Under the pieces are notes generated by a model. It worked only from the letters and a program-made list of their open reading frames with translations, was not told the origin of the DNA and searched no databases. DNA of 54,930 nt from an uncultured Novosphingobium sp. (GTDB lineage: Bacteria; Pseudomonadota; Alphaproteobacteria; Sphingomonadales; Sphingomonadaceae), in assembly GCA_964571305.1 (NCBI GenBank), contig CAZNBX010000001.1, positions 18,866-73,795 on the forward strand, given 5' to 3'. Below, one piece after another: positions 9,474-19,407 of the stretch. The position numbers were made by a program, and so were the translations under genes. The first letter of the stretch is position 1. Each line of letters opens with the position of its first letter.

Positions 9474-11134
9474 CACAGATCGATCCGATTTTCGCAGCGG
9501 TAACGGCGCCTGGTACGCCGTTTGAGATCGTCGAGCGCGATGGCCTGCGCCAATTCGCGAATGCCGCGCCAGACCTCAACCTTATGATCGAGTTCGCGCG
9601 GCGGCATGGAGACAAGACCTTCCTGGTCGACTTCTCGTCAAACGGCGAGGAACGTCGGCTGACCTTCGAGCAGGTCTTTGCCTGGCGCGACCAGCTTGTG
9701 CCCATGCTGCATATTGCCCGGGGCGAGCGGGTTGCGATCTGCATGCGCAACCGCGCGGAATGGATCGTCGCCTTCCTTGCGGTCATGAAAGCGGGCGGCG
9801 TTGCGGCCTTGCTCAACAGTCGCGGTTCACCCGCTGAACTGGTTGCCATGCTGGACGATGTTACTCCAGCACTGGTTCTGGCGGATAGCCAGCGTGCTGC
9901 GCTGATCCGCGAGGGCGGCTATGGCGGCCGGATGCTCGATCTGACCAAGCCGTTTGACGGACAGGAAATCGAGCGCCGGGCCCACGAAGCCATACCCGAC
10001 CCTGGCATTGCCCGGGCGGAAGACCCCTGCACGATCCTGTTCACCTCTGGCACCACGGGCCGGGTCAAGGGCGCGGTCTTGACCCACCGCAGCCTGATCA
10101 CCGGGCTGATGGCCACCCAGCTGACCGGGATGATGGTGCTGCACAACATGGCTCAGGCCCATGGGGTGCCGGTTGAAACGATCCTGGCCAATATGCCGCA
10201 GCAGGCGGCGCTGCTGGTCTATCCCTTGTTCCATGTTTCGGGGCTAGGTTCCGCCTTCCTTTCTCCGCTGTTTGCCGGATCGAAAGTGGTGATCATGCGG
10301 CGCTGGGATGCCGACGAGGCGATCCGCCTGATCGAGCAGGAACAGATCACCCAGTTCTCCGCCGTTCCGACAATGTTGTGGGACATGCTGCACAAGGCCA
10401 AGGGCAAGGGCGACATCTCCTCGCTACGCAATGTCGCTTCGGGCGGGCAGGCCTTGCCGGTCAACCTGCTTGATGAAATTCGCGTGGCCTGTCCGCAGGC
10501 GGTGATGGGCACCGGCTATGGCATGACCGAGTGCTCCGGCGCGATCGCGCAGGCCGTGGGCGAAGATTTCATTCGCAATCGGTCGTCGGCAGGGCGGGTG
10601 CTGCAACTGGCCGATATTCGCACCGTCACGCCCGATGGCGTGGAGACCGCCGCTGGTGAAAGCGGAGAATTCCAGGTGCGCGGGGCGATGGTCATGCAGG
10701 GTTACTGGAACCGGCCCGAGGAAACTGCCGCCGTTTTCACCCCGGATGGCTGGCTGCGTACCGGCGACGTCGGTTACATCGACAGCGAAGGCTATGTCTT
10801 CATCGTAGACCGGGTGAAGGACATGGTCATTTCGGGCGGCGAGAACATCTATTGCGCCGAAGTGGAGCGCGTGATGGGCGAGATGCCTGGTGTCGGCGAA
10901 TGCGCCGCCTTTGGCGTGCCGGACGAGCGGCTGGGTGAGCTGCTGGTCGCCGTTGTGGTTGGCCAGGGGCTGGATGAGCGGGCGGTCAAGGACTGGGTCG
11001 GCGAACGGCTTGCCCGGTACAAGGCGCCGGGCCGGGTCATCTTCACCGATCAACCGCTGCCCCGCAACGACGTTGGCAAAATCAACAAGGTGGTGCTGCG
11101 CGCTGCCTGGTCCAATCTATCTGGAGATAACTGA
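9470..11134 (+). CDS. Long-chain acyl-CoA ligase (class I adenylate-forming enzyme)
   Basis: FTSGTTGRVKG, YGMTE, WLRTGD, DRVKDMVISGGENIY; ATGA-coupled start at 9470. Confidence 0.92.
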   Translation: MTQIDPIFAAVTAPGTPFEIVERDGLRQFANAAPDLNLMIEFARRHGDKTFLVDFSSNGEERRLTFEQVFAWRDQLVPMLHIARGERVAICMRNRAEWIVAFLAVMKAGGVAALLNSRGSPAELVAMLDDVTPALVLADSQRAALIREGGYGGRMLDLTKPFDGQEIERRAHEAIPDPGIARAEDPCTILFTSGTTGRVKGAVLTHRSLITGLMATQLTGMMVLHNMAQAHGVPVETILANMPQQAALLVYPLFHVSGLGSAFLSPLFAGSKVVIMRRWDADEAIRLIEQEQITQFSAVPTMLWDMLHKAKGKGDISSLRNVASGGQALPVNLLDEIRVACPQAVMGTGYGMTECSGAIAQAVGEDFIRNRSSAGRVLQLADIRTVTPDGVETAAGESGEFQVRGAMVMQGYWNRPEETAAVFTPDGWLRTGDVGYIDSEGYVFIVDRVKDMVISGGENIYCAEVERVMGEMPGVGECAAFGVPDERLGELLVAVVVGQGLDERAVKDWVGERLARYKAPGRVIFTDQPLPRNDVGKINKVVLRAAWSNLSGDN

Positions 11135-11135
11135 C

Positions 11136-12002
11136 ATGGGCGTGCCCAAGGACATCAAGATCATCGACTGCATGCTGGGCATTCCCGAAGCGGAGGACCG
11201 CTCGGACTGGTTCACGGCATTCCGTCCGTTGATCAAGGACGAGCAGACCCTGCAGCAGTTCTCGATGCCCGCGCAGTACATGTTCAAGGACGTGCCACAG
11301 ACCGGCCATGCGGACGATTACGTCAAGTGGACCGTCGAGCAGATGGACAAGCACGGAATCGAAAAGGCACTCGTCGGCTGGAACGACAACGCCACGTCCC
11401 GCCGCGCCAAGGACCTCTATCCGGACCGTTTCTTCTTCGACCTGCCATGCGATCCCAACAAGGGCATGGAGGAAGTGCGCCGGATCAAGCGCATCCATGC
11501 CGAGGTCGGCCTTTCGGCGATCAGCGTGTTCCCGTCGGGGACGCTGCCGCAGGTAGCGATCAACCACAAGTACATGTTCCCGCTCTATGCCTGCGCGGTC
11601 GAACTGGACATTCCGATCCTCCTCAATGTCGGCATTCCCGGGCCGCGCATTCCGATGGAGACCCAGAAGGTCGAGCATCTGGACGAGGTCTGCTGGTTCT
11701 TCCCCGACCTCAAGATCGTGATGCGCCATGGCGCCGAGCCGTGGGAGGCTCTGGCCGTGAAGCTGATGCTGAAGTGGCCGAACCTCTATTATTCGACCAG
11801 CGCCTTTGCGCCCAAGCACTATCCCAAGGCGATCATCGACTACGCCAACTCGCGCGGCGCCGACAAGATCATCTACGCGGGCTATTTCCCGATGGGCCTG
11901 AGCCTCGAGCGGATCATGAGCGACATGGAAAACGTGCCCTTCAAGGATGAAGTGTGGCCCAAGTTCCTGCGCGAGAACGCGGCCCGTGTGTTCAAGCTGT
12001 AA
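11136..12002 (+). CDS. Amidohydrolase_2 family protein
   Basis: IVMRHGAEPW, LKWPNLY, STSAFAPKHYP; start ATG 11136 after GGAGA. Confidence 0.85.
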   Translation: MGVPKDIKIIDCMLGIPEAEDRSDWFTAFRPLIKDEQTLQQFSMPAQYMFKDVPQTGHADDYVKWTVEQMDKHGIEKALVGWNDNATSRRAKDLYPDRFFFDLPCDPNKGMEEVRRIKRIHAEVGLSAISVFPSGTLPQVAINHKYMFPLYACAVELDIPILLNVGIPGPRIPMETQKVEHLDEVCWFFPDLKIVMRHGAEPWEALAVKLMLKWPNLYYSTSAFAPKHYPKAIIDYANSRGADKIIYAGYFPMGLSLERIMSDMENVPFKDEVWPKFLRENAARVFKL

Positions 12003-12051
12003 TTGCTGCGCGCCATAAAACGAAAATACCGGACATTCCGGGGAGAATGAC

Positions 12052-13158
12052 ATGACCCAAGACGCAAACGATGCCCGCACTGCTCCTGTTGCCGTATGGC
12101 AGGTGCTGGAAAAGATGAGCCACGAGGAGCGCGAGGCATGGCGCGTTGCCGAAATTACCAATCGCCCTTCGCCCGAGCAGCGCAATCTGGACATCGGTTT
12201 TCCATTCGGCTGGTATCCATTCATGATGGGCCGCGACCTCGCCGTCGGCGAAGTCAAGCCGGTGCGCTATTTCGGGCGCGATCTCGCGGTCTGGCGGGGC
12301 GAGGACGGCACGGTCCGGATGCTGGACGCCTATTGCAAGCATCTGGGCGCTCACTTGGGTCATGGTGGCAAGGTTGCGGGCAATCTCCTGGAATGTCCGT
12401 TTCACGCGTGGCGCTATGATGGCGAAGAAGGCGTTGTGAAGGAGATCCCCTATGCCAAGGCGATCCCGCCGCAGGTCAAGCGCAAATGCACCCGCACCTG
12501 GCATATCCGCGAAGCCAACCAATGGCTGTGGATGTGGTATCATCCCGAGGACGTTGCCCCGCTGTATGACGTGGTCGAGCTGGCCGAAGCCAGCCACCCC
12601 GATTGGACCCCATACGACGTGGTCGAATGGCGGGTTTTCGGCTCGCTGCAGAACATGGCCGAAAACGGCGTCGATTTCGCGCACTTCAAGTACATTCACG
12701 GGACCGCCGAGCTGCCCAGCTCCGAACTGTCGTGGGGCGAATGGGATCGTCGGGGCGTCGTTCGCGCCAAGATGGGCACGCCCAAGGGTATGGTCGATGG
12801 GGCGATAACCAGCAATTCCGTGGGGCCGGGTCAGGCCTGGGTCCGCTTCACCGGCATCTGCGAGACCCTGTTGGTAGCTTGCATCATTCCGGTCGAACTT
12901 GACGAACTGCAGGTGGTCTACTGCTATACCCAACCCCGCGAACAGGCCGAAGGGCCGATGGCAGGCCTGGCCCGCGCGATCATCAAGGACGTCAACAAGC
13001 AGCTCGATCAGGACAAGGTAGTCTGGGACCGGATGCGGTACGAGCCCAACCCGATCATCTGTGATGGCGATGGCCCGATCCCGCATTTCCGCAAGTTCTA
13101 TTCCCGGTTCTACGCGGCGGGCGATGGCGTCCCCTCGGCCCTGCGGACTGGCAACTGA
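12052..13158 (+). CDS. Rieske oxygenase, KshA-like (type B paralog)
   Basis: CKH...CPFH Rieske motif; ENGVDFAHFKYIH mononuclear iron motif; QDKVVW. Confidence 0.85.
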   Translation: MTQDANDARTAPVAVWQVLEKMSHEEREAWRVAEITNRPSPEQRNLDIGFPFGWYPFMMGRDLAVGEVKPVRYFGRDLAVWRGEDGTVRMLDAYCKHLGAHLGHGGKVAGNLLECPFHAWRYDGEEGVVKEIPYAKAIPPQVKRKCTRTWHIREANQWLWMWYHPEDVAPLYDVVELAEASHPDWTPYDVVEWRVFGSLQNMAENGVDFAHFKYIHGTAELPSSELSWGEWDRRGVVRAKMGTPKGMVDGAITSNSVGPGQAWVRFTGICETLLVACIIPVELDELQVVYCYTQPREQAEGPMAGLARAIIKDVNKQLDQDKVVWDRMRYEPNPIICDGDGPIPHFRKFYSRFYAAGDGVPSALRTGN

Positions 13159-13159
13159 G

Positions 13160-14680
13160 GTGCCAACCCGGCGGCAGGTAGTGGCGGGCGGCGCCGCGGC
13201 AATTGCGATCGGCGCGGCTGGAGGAGCCAAAGCCGCGAACAGCGGCGGGATCGAAAGCCTGTTATCCGGCCACGATGCGCTGGGTCTCGCCGCGCTTGTC
13301 CGGCAGCGCAAGGTTTCGCCCAGCGAACTGCTCGACGCGGCCATGGCCAAGGCGGAAGCGCTCAACCCGCGCCTGAATTTCATCGCCCAGCGTCACTATG
13401 ATCATGGCCGCGCCGCCATTGCCAAGGGTTTGCCCAAGGGGCCGTTCACCGGCGTCCCCTGGCTGCTGAAGGACCTCAACACCTATATTGCCGGGGAACT
13501 GACCGAAGGTGGCAGCCGGTTCTACAAGGGCTATCGTGCAACGGTCACTTCGGAACTGGTCAACCGGATCGAGCGGGCGGGCTTCGTCGTCTTCGGCAAG
13601 ACGACAACCCCCGAACTGGGGCTGACCGGTACCACCGAGAACAAGCTTACCGGGGATACGCGCAACCCCTGGAACACGACGCGGATTGCCGGCGGTTCGT
13701 CCGGCGGCGCGGCGGTTGCGGTCGCAGCCGGCGTACTTCCGGCGGCCCATGCAACCGACGGCGGCGGTTCGATCCGCATACCAGCGTCATGTTGCGGTCT
13801 GTTTGGGCTCAAGCCCAGCCGGGGCCGGATCCCGATGGGTCCGTCCCGGACCGAAGGCTGGGGCGGCCTGTCGTCGCACCATGCGGTAACCTGGAGCGTC
13901 CGCGACAGCGCGGCGATCATGGATGCAACCCACGGACCCGAAATCGGCTCGCGCTATGGCGTCCAGGCTCCAGCGGAAGGGTTCCTGGCCCAGGTCGGCA
14001 AGCATCCCGGCAAGCTGCGCATTGCCCTGATGCTGGATTCGCCGTCAGGCAGCCCGGTCGACCCGGAATGCCTTGCCGCCGCACGGCAGGCAGCGGCGCT
14101 GTGCGAGCAACTGGGGCACCATGTCGACGTGGCACAACCCAAATGGGATGTCGGCGCGGTTGGCCTGGCTTCTTTTGTCCTGATCGCGTCCTCGGTCGCG
14201 GCGGACATCACCGATCGTGCCAAGCAGACGGGGATCGTTCCCGGGCCGGACGTGCTCGAGACAATCCCACTGGCCTTCGTCGAATTCGGCAAGCACACCA
14301 CCGGCATGGATTTTGCCCGGGCCAACAATACCGCGCAGGGCCTGGCGATTACAGTCGCCCAGTTCATGGAACGCTATGACCTGATCCTGGCTCCGACCAT
14401 GGCTGCGCCGCCGCTGCCGCTCGGCCGGATCAACCTGACGCCGGATTGCGATTTCCAGCAGTGGGGCCAGCGCACCTCGGTGTTCTCGCCCTTCACGCAG
14501 ATGGCCAACCTGACCGGCCAGCCGTCAATGTCGGTGCCGCTGGGGCAGTCCCAGGATGGCTTGCCGATTGGGGTGATGTTTACCGCGCGGTTTGGTGATG
14601 AAGCGACGCTGTTCCGCCTCGCCGGGCAGCTGGAGCGCGCTGCGCCGTGGTTCGGCAGGCGGCCGCCCGCCGCGATTTGA
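13160..14680 (+). CDS. Amidase signature family enzyme with Tat signal
   Basis: TRRQVV Tat motif; LLKD, GGSSGG, DGGGSIRIPAS Ser-cisSer-Lys signature; GTG start at 13160. Confidence 0.9.
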   Translation: MPTRRQVVAGGAAAIAIGAAGGAKAANSGGIESLLSGHDALGLAALVRQRKVSPSELLDAAMAKAEALNPRLNFIAQRHYDHGRAAIAKGLPKGPFTGVPWLLKDLNTYIAGELTEGGSRFYKGYRATVTSELVNRIERAGFVVFGKTTTPELGLTGTTENKLTGDTRNPWNTTRIAGGSSGGAAVAVAAGVLPAAHATDGGGSIRIPASCCGLFGLKPSRGRIPMGPSRTEGWGGLSSHHAVTWSVRDSAAIMDATHGPEIGSRYGVQAPAEGFLAQVGKHPGKLRIALMLDSPSGSPVDPECLAAARQAAALCEQLGHHVDVAQPKWDVGAVGLASFVLIASSVAADITDRAKQTGIVPGPDVLETIPLAFVEFGKHTTGMDFARANNTAQGLAITVAQFMERYDLILAPTMAAPPLPLGRINLTPDCDFQQWGQRTSVFSPFTQMANLTGQPSMSVPLGQSQDGLPIGVMFTARFGDEATLFRLAGQLERAAPWFGRRPPAAI

Positions 14681-14705
14681 ATGACATAACAGGGGAGAGC
14701 ACAAA

Positions 14706-15011
14706 ATGGACGCAGCAACCTTGCATGCAATCGCAGGACCGGCGGGACTGCTTGGCCTGATCGGGCTTGCCGGTCTGGCTGGCATCCGGAATCCCTGTGA
14801 CAAGGACCGGGCCGGTGCCATGGTGCGCCATCTCGGCATCCTCGGTCTCGGCGGTCTGGCAGGGTTTTGGATCGACGGGGCAGGGGCCATGGGTGCCGCT
14901 GGCGCCTTGGGCCTGTGGAACCACCAGAGCCCGAAGCTGGCATTCTGGGGCAAGCTGGGCTGGGCCTGGCCGGTGGGCGCGGTTTTCCTGGCGCTCCATT
15001 ACATGGTCTAG
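14706..15011 (+). CDS. Small Gly-rich membrane protein
   Basis: GGGGAG RBS; 3-4 hydrophobic segments; family not recognised. Confidence 0.6.
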   Translation: MDAATLHAIAGPAGLLGLIGLAGLAGIRNPCDKDRAGAMVRHLGILGLGGLAGFWIDGAGAMGAAGALGLWNHQSPKLAFWGKLGWAWPVGAVFLALHYMV

Positions 15012-16507
15012 AGAATCCCCAGGTTCTGCGCGGTGCGGGCTGACGGGATCAGCAAGTGCCGGATGATCCGGTCCATCTTGCCCTGGTTCGATACCGCCAG
15101 CGGTTTCTCAATCGGGAAGGGCAGGGCGTCGGTACGATCGGCTGCCAGGCCAGCGGCCATCAGCTTGCCCATCAGCGGTGCCATGACATTGCCCCAGGCG
15201 TTGAAATACATCAGCCCGTAAAGTCCGGGCCGGGGCTGGAAAACGCCGGGGAACTCGCGCTCGCGCATTGCAACGCGCCCGGTCCAATAGGTTTCCAGCT
15301 CAATTTGCATGGCCTTTGTTTCCGGCCAGGCGTGATGAAGCCAGGCCAGTTGGTTCTCAAAATGCCAGCGAGCGTCCCCAGCTCCCGCAACCGCGGGGAT
15401 TGAAGATAGGATCAACTTGCCGTGCTGGTCGCGGACCAGTGGATTGATATCCAGAGGGACCTGCGACAGGGTCTTTCCGCCCGGATTTATCCGCGCGCCT
15501 GCTTCATCTGAGAGCGGCTTGGTCGTCAGCGCATAGGCCGTCAACGGATAGAAGGCCCGGGTGAATTCCGGGACGACGTCCGTGGGATAGGCATTGGTGC
15601 AGAATACCACCCTCGCGGCGCGCACGGAGCCCTTGGGAGTGCGGACCAGCCACCGTTGGCCTTGTTGCTCAATTGCGGTCGCTGGCGTTCCACCATGGAT
15701 CCGCGCGCCCAAGGTGCTGGCAGCCGCGACCATGCCATTGGTCAGGCGATATGGATTGACGTGGCCACCATCGATGTAATCGAGTGCGTGGGTCCAAAGC
15801 TTGCTGCCGGTCTGGCGCTCAAGTTCGGTGCCGCCCAGCTCCTCCACCCGCAAGAGGCCCTGGCGCTCCATCCATGCCGTCTGAGCCCGGAACGTCCCAA
15901 TTTCGTCTTTGCTTTCGGCAACGTTCAGATAGCCGCTGCGAACCGCGTCTGCATGGAAACCGTGCTTTTGCTGCAGATCAAAGGGGATCGAATGGTTCTC
16001 GCGGAACGCTTCCAGGAACGCCTTTCCCTTATCCGGGAAACTCTCAAACACGGAGTTGTCACGCAAGGTTGGCAGCACGTGTCCGGCATTCCGTCCCGAA
16101 GCGCCCCAGCCGGGCTGACGGGCTTCGATCAGGACCGTGGGGATACCCGCTTCGGCAAGGTGCAATGCGAGTGACGAACCTGCCAAGCCAGCACCGACTA
16201 CCAGGACATCGGTGTCGAGCGTATCGTGCAGTTCTGGCCAGGCCTGGGCCAGACCTTCAGGGCGGGTCCAGCCACTGTGTTCCACATTCACCAGGCCGCG
16301 TTCAAACAGTTCGGCTTCGCTTCTTGCCGCCAGGTCGGCCATGAACAGATCGGGATAGCGGTGCCACCATTTCCATCCGCCGAGTGCGCCGGCCGCAAGC
16401 AGCCCGCCGCCTGCCAGCAGCAAGTTACGGCGCGAAAGCCCGGTCCGGGGTGCTGTTTCCTTCGCCGGTATGTCAGTCCCCCAGATCCGGAGTCCAGGCG
16501 ACTCCAT
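15008..16507 (-). CDS. FAD-dependent oxidoreductase, DAO/PuuB-like, with Tat signal (start uncertain)
   Basis: SRRNLL Tat motif; DVLVVGAGLAG, GASGRNAG, VVFCTNAY. Confidence 0.8.
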   Translation of the reverse strand: MESPGLRIWGTDIPAKETAPRTGLSRRNLLLAGGGLLAAGALGGWKWWHRYPDLFMADLAARSEAELFERGLVNVEHSGWTRPEGLAQAWPELHDTLDTDVLVVGAGLAGSSLALHLAEAGIPTVLIEARQPGWGASGRNAGHVLPTLRDNSVFESFPDKGKAFLEAFRENHSIPFDLQQKHGFHADAVRSGYLNVAESKDEIGTFRAQTAWMERQGLLRVEELGGTELERQTGSKLWTHALDYIDGGHVNPYRLTNGMVAAASTLGARIHGGTPATAIEQQGQRWLVRTPKGSVRAARVVFCTNAYPTDVVPEFTRAFYPLTAYALTTKPLSDEAGARINPGGKTLSQVPLDINPLVRDQHGKLILSSIPAVAGAGDARWHFENQLAWLHHAWPETKAMQIELETYWTGRVAMREREFPGVFQPRPGLYGLMYFNAWGNVMAPLMGKLMAAGLAADRTDALPFPIEKPLAVSNQGKMDRIIRHLLIPSARTAQNLGIL

Positions 16508-17252
16508 TGATGTGGGCCCCGCCGTCGACAAACAGGGTGTTGCCGGTGACGTAGCGGGCATCGTCGCTGGCGAGGAACAGCGCGGCGCCGCCGATATCCG
16601 TTTCAGGATCGCCCATCCGGCCCATCGGGTTGGCCGCCTCGATCCGCTCGATCATGCCGGGCTGCCGCTCCATCATCCGCCGGGCCGAAGGCGAGATGGC
16701 AGCCGGGCAGATGATGTTGCAGCAAATGCCATGGGGCGCCCATTCGCGTGCCGCGGTCCGGGTCAGGGCGCGAAGTGCTTCCTTTGCGATGTTGTAGTCG
16801 GCGCTGCCCATATGGGCATTGACCCCATTGAGCGAGGCCATGTTGATCACCCGGCCCCAGCGCTGTTCGCGCATGTGGGGCAGGGCGGCGGACATGGTCC
16901 ATTTTGCGGCGTAAGGCCCCATGCGCAGGGACGTCTCGAACTGGGCGTCGCTCTTGTTTTCGATGCGGGCAATGCCATTCCCGCGCCAGGCGTTGTTCAC
17001 CAGGATATCGACGGGTCCAGCTGCGGCCATCAGGGCCTCGACACTCGCCTTTTCCGTGACATCGACCGGAATGAACCGGGCCGTTCCGCCCTGAGCGACG
17101 ATTTCAGCGGCACAGGCGGCTCCGGAAGTGGTATCGTGTTCGGCGATGATCACCGCCGCACCTTCTGACGCGAAGCGCAGGGCTATGCCCTTGCCGATGC
17201 CGTCCCCCGCACCTGTGATGAGCGCGGTGCGCCCTGAAAGCAGTCCTGGCAT
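16473..17252 (-). CDS. SDR family oxidoreductase
   Basis: TGAGDGIG, NNA, YNIAK; start ATG 17252 after GGAGGA. Confidence 0.92.
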   Translation of the reverse strand: MPGLLSGRTALITGAGDGIGKGIALRFASEGAAVIIAEHDTTSGAACAAEIVAQGGTARFIPVDVTEKASVEALMAAAGPVDILVNNAWRGNGIARIENKSDAQFETSLRMGPYAAKWTMSAALPHMREQRWGRVINMASLNGVNAHMGSADYNIAKEALRALTRTAAREWAPHGICCNIICPAAISPSARRMMERQPGMIERIEAANPMGRMGDPETDIGGAALFLASDDARYVTGNTLFVDGGAHINGVAWTPDLGD

Positions 17253-17338
17253 CTGGCAATCCTCCGAGTGGTACTGAAGGTGAATTTGCTTACCAAATTC
17301 CGCAAAACGCAAGTTGAAAATAGATTTTGACAGAATTT

Positions 17339-17368
17339 TGCGTATAAAATACCGTTATAGGCAACGCA
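17339..17368. promoter_or_regulatory. Operator-like palindrome copy 3
   Basis: TGCGTA-N18-AACGCA in the divergent promoter region 17252/17382. Confidence 0.7.
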
Positions 17369-17381
17369 ATTTAGGGAGTGA

Positions 17382-18143
17382 GTGATGCGCGGTTTGCAGG
17401 GTAAGGTTGGAGTGGTCGCAGGCGGCGGACGCGGAATTGGCGCGGCAACGGCGCGGCGACTGGCCGACGAAGGTGCGGCTGTCGTGATTGGCGACATCAC
17501 CGAAGCCTGGGCCGTGGAAACCGCCGCGGCTATCCGAGCAGCCGGCGGGAAGGCCATCGGCGTTCACCTTGACGGCACCAAGGCGGCATCGCAGCAGGCG
17601 ATCGTCGCGGCGGCGGTCGCGGAATTCGGTACGCTCGACTTCTATCATTCGAACCTCGCCGGCGGGACCGAGGGCGACATCGATGCGCTGAACTGCCCAG
17701 AGGAAGTTCTGGATCGTTCCTTCGCCATCAATACCAAGAGCCACATGTTCGCCACGCAGGCTGCGCTGCCAGTCATGCTGGAAAAGGGCAGTGGGGCGAT
17801 GATCTATACCTCGTCGGGAGCCGCGACAGCCGGGAACGCGTTCCAGGTTGCCTATCCGATGACCAAGAATGCCGTTCACGCTCTGGTCCGCCATGTTGCC
17901 GCCAAGTACGGCAAGAAGGGCATTCGGGCCAATGGGATCAGCCCCGGTGTGGTCATGACCGAAGCGGTCGCCCAGCACCTGACCCCCGAATATGTCGATG
18001 CGACGCTCAAGACCGTGCCGCACACCCGCCTGGGCAAGCCGGAAGACATCGCTGCCGCCGTGGCTTTCCTCGCATCGGACGATGGCGAATGGGTCAACGG
18101 TCAGGTCTGGCACGTCAACGGCGGGCTGATCAAGCGCGACTGA
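17382..18143 (+). CDS. SDR family oxidoreductase
   Basis: GGGRGIG, YPMTK, GIRANGISPG. Confidence 0.92.
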   Translation: MMRGLQGKVGVVAGGGRGIGAATARRLADEGAAVVIGDITEAWAVETAAAIRAAGGKAIGVHLDGTKAASQQAIVAAAVAEFGTLDFYHSNLAGGTEGDIDALNCPEEVLDRSFAINTKSHMFATQAALPVMLEKGSGAMIYTSSGAATAGNAFQVAYPMTKNAVHALVRHVAAKYGKKGIRANGISPGVVMTEAVAQHLTPEYVDATLKTVPHTRLGKPEDIAAAVAFLASDDGEWVNGQVWHVNGGLIKRD

Positions 18144-18291
18144 GGATGGCCCCGCCGTCCGAGTTTGCGGTGTGTTAATGCTGTCGGTGTGCGAAATGCG
18201 CGCATGACGTGGAATTAGCCAACCGTGGATTGAATGCGGCATTCCGGCCGCTGGAGTTGACGTGGCGGGAAATTGAGGGTTTTTGCCGGGC

Positions 18292-18771
18292 ATGAGCGAA
18301 GATTTTTCGATCGACGATATTGATCGCGCGATCGTCGAGCAGTTGCGCATCAATGGACGGGCGACCAACCAGCAGATCGCGAACCAGCTTGGCCTGACCG
18401 CGGCAACCGTCTCTGCCCGTATCCGCCGGATGGAAGAGGCGGACAAGCTGCGCGTGGTCGCTGTCTCGGATTTCTCGGCGCATGGCTACAATGTGCTGAT
18501 GGAAGTCGCGATCGAGGTCGACGGTCGTCCGGCTGCCGAGGTGGTCGAGGAATTGACCGAGTTCCCGGAAGTCTTCGCGGCCCATCTGGTGACCGGTCGC
18601 TATGATATCGACATGCTGGTCGTGCTGCGCGAATTCGATGATCTTTCCGATCTTATCCTCGAAAAGTTCTCGAAGGTTCGGGGTGTCCGATCGATCGTTC
18701 CGGCCATTGCGGTCGACGTGATCAAGTACAAGTTCGACGTGGCACCGATCGAAGCTCGGGAGGATGCATGA
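18292..18771 (+). CDS. Lrp/AsnC family transcriptional regulator
   Basis: IDDIDRAIVEQLRINGR HTH, VTGRYD; start could be 18283. Confidence 0.9.
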   Translation: MSEDFSIDDIDRAIVEQLRINGRATNQQIANQLGLTAATVSARIRRMEEADKLRVVAVSDFSAHGYNVLMEVAIEVDGRPAAEVVEELTEFPEVFAAHLVTGRYDIDMLVVLREFDDLSDLILEKFSKVRGVRSIVPAIAVDVIKYKFDVAPIEAREDA

Positions 18772-19268
18772 TCGCGGCGCAACTTGACGATCTCGATCGC
18801 CAGTTGATCGACGTTCTTGCCCGGGATGCCCGGGTGTCCAACCGGAAGATCGCCGTCGATCTGGGGGTCACCGAAGGAACGGTTCGTGGCCGGATCAAGC
18901 GCCTTCAGCAAGAAGGGCTGATTTCGTTCACCGCGATTACCAGCTTCGGCCTGGCGGATTCGGCTCGCATGGCGTTCATCGGTGTCCAGGCCGAGTTCAG
19001 CGACGTGCGAGAAATCGGGCGGCGGATCGCGGAGCTCTCCTCGGTCAACGCGGTCATGATTACCATGGGGCGGTTCAACATCCTGGCGATCTGCCTGTTC
19101 AACACGCTCGACAATCTGCACGAGGTGGCCTCCAACCAGATTCTCGCGATCCCTGGCGTTCATCACGTCGAAACGTCGATCGCGGTAAAGACGGTGAAGT
19201 ATAACGCCCGGGTCGTTCGCATCACCGAGGCGGATGCGGCCGACAGTGACGGGGACGGCGATTTCTAG
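18768..19268 (+). CDS. Lrp/AsnC family transcriptional regulator
   Basis: LDDLDRQLIDVLARDAR, GVTEGTVRGRIKRL; ATGA overlap with the preceding Lrp gene. Confidence 0.9.
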   Translation: MIAAQLDDLDRQLIDVLARDARVSNRKIAVDLGVTEGTVRGRIKRLQQEGLISFTAITSFGLADSARMAFIGVQAEFSDVREIGRRIAELSSVNAVMITMGRFNILAICLFNTLDNLHEVASNQILAIPGVHHVETSIAVKTVKYNARVVRITEADAADSDGDGDF

Positions 19269-19274
19269 GATCAA

Positions 19275-19304
19275 TGCGTAACGCATGTAACTTTTCGTTA
19301 CGCA
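19275..19304. promoter_or_regulatory. Operator-like palindrome copy 4 (perfect arms)
   Basis: TGCGTA-N18-TACGCA upstream of the Rieske gene at 19408. Confidence 0.7.
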
Positions 19305-19407
19305 TAGAAGGTGAAAATTGCGGGTTTAAGCTCTGATCCCGTAAATCGGCTGTACTTGCACTGCGTTTTGGGCTATGGATTCTCTCAATAGGACTATGGG
19401 AGAATAT

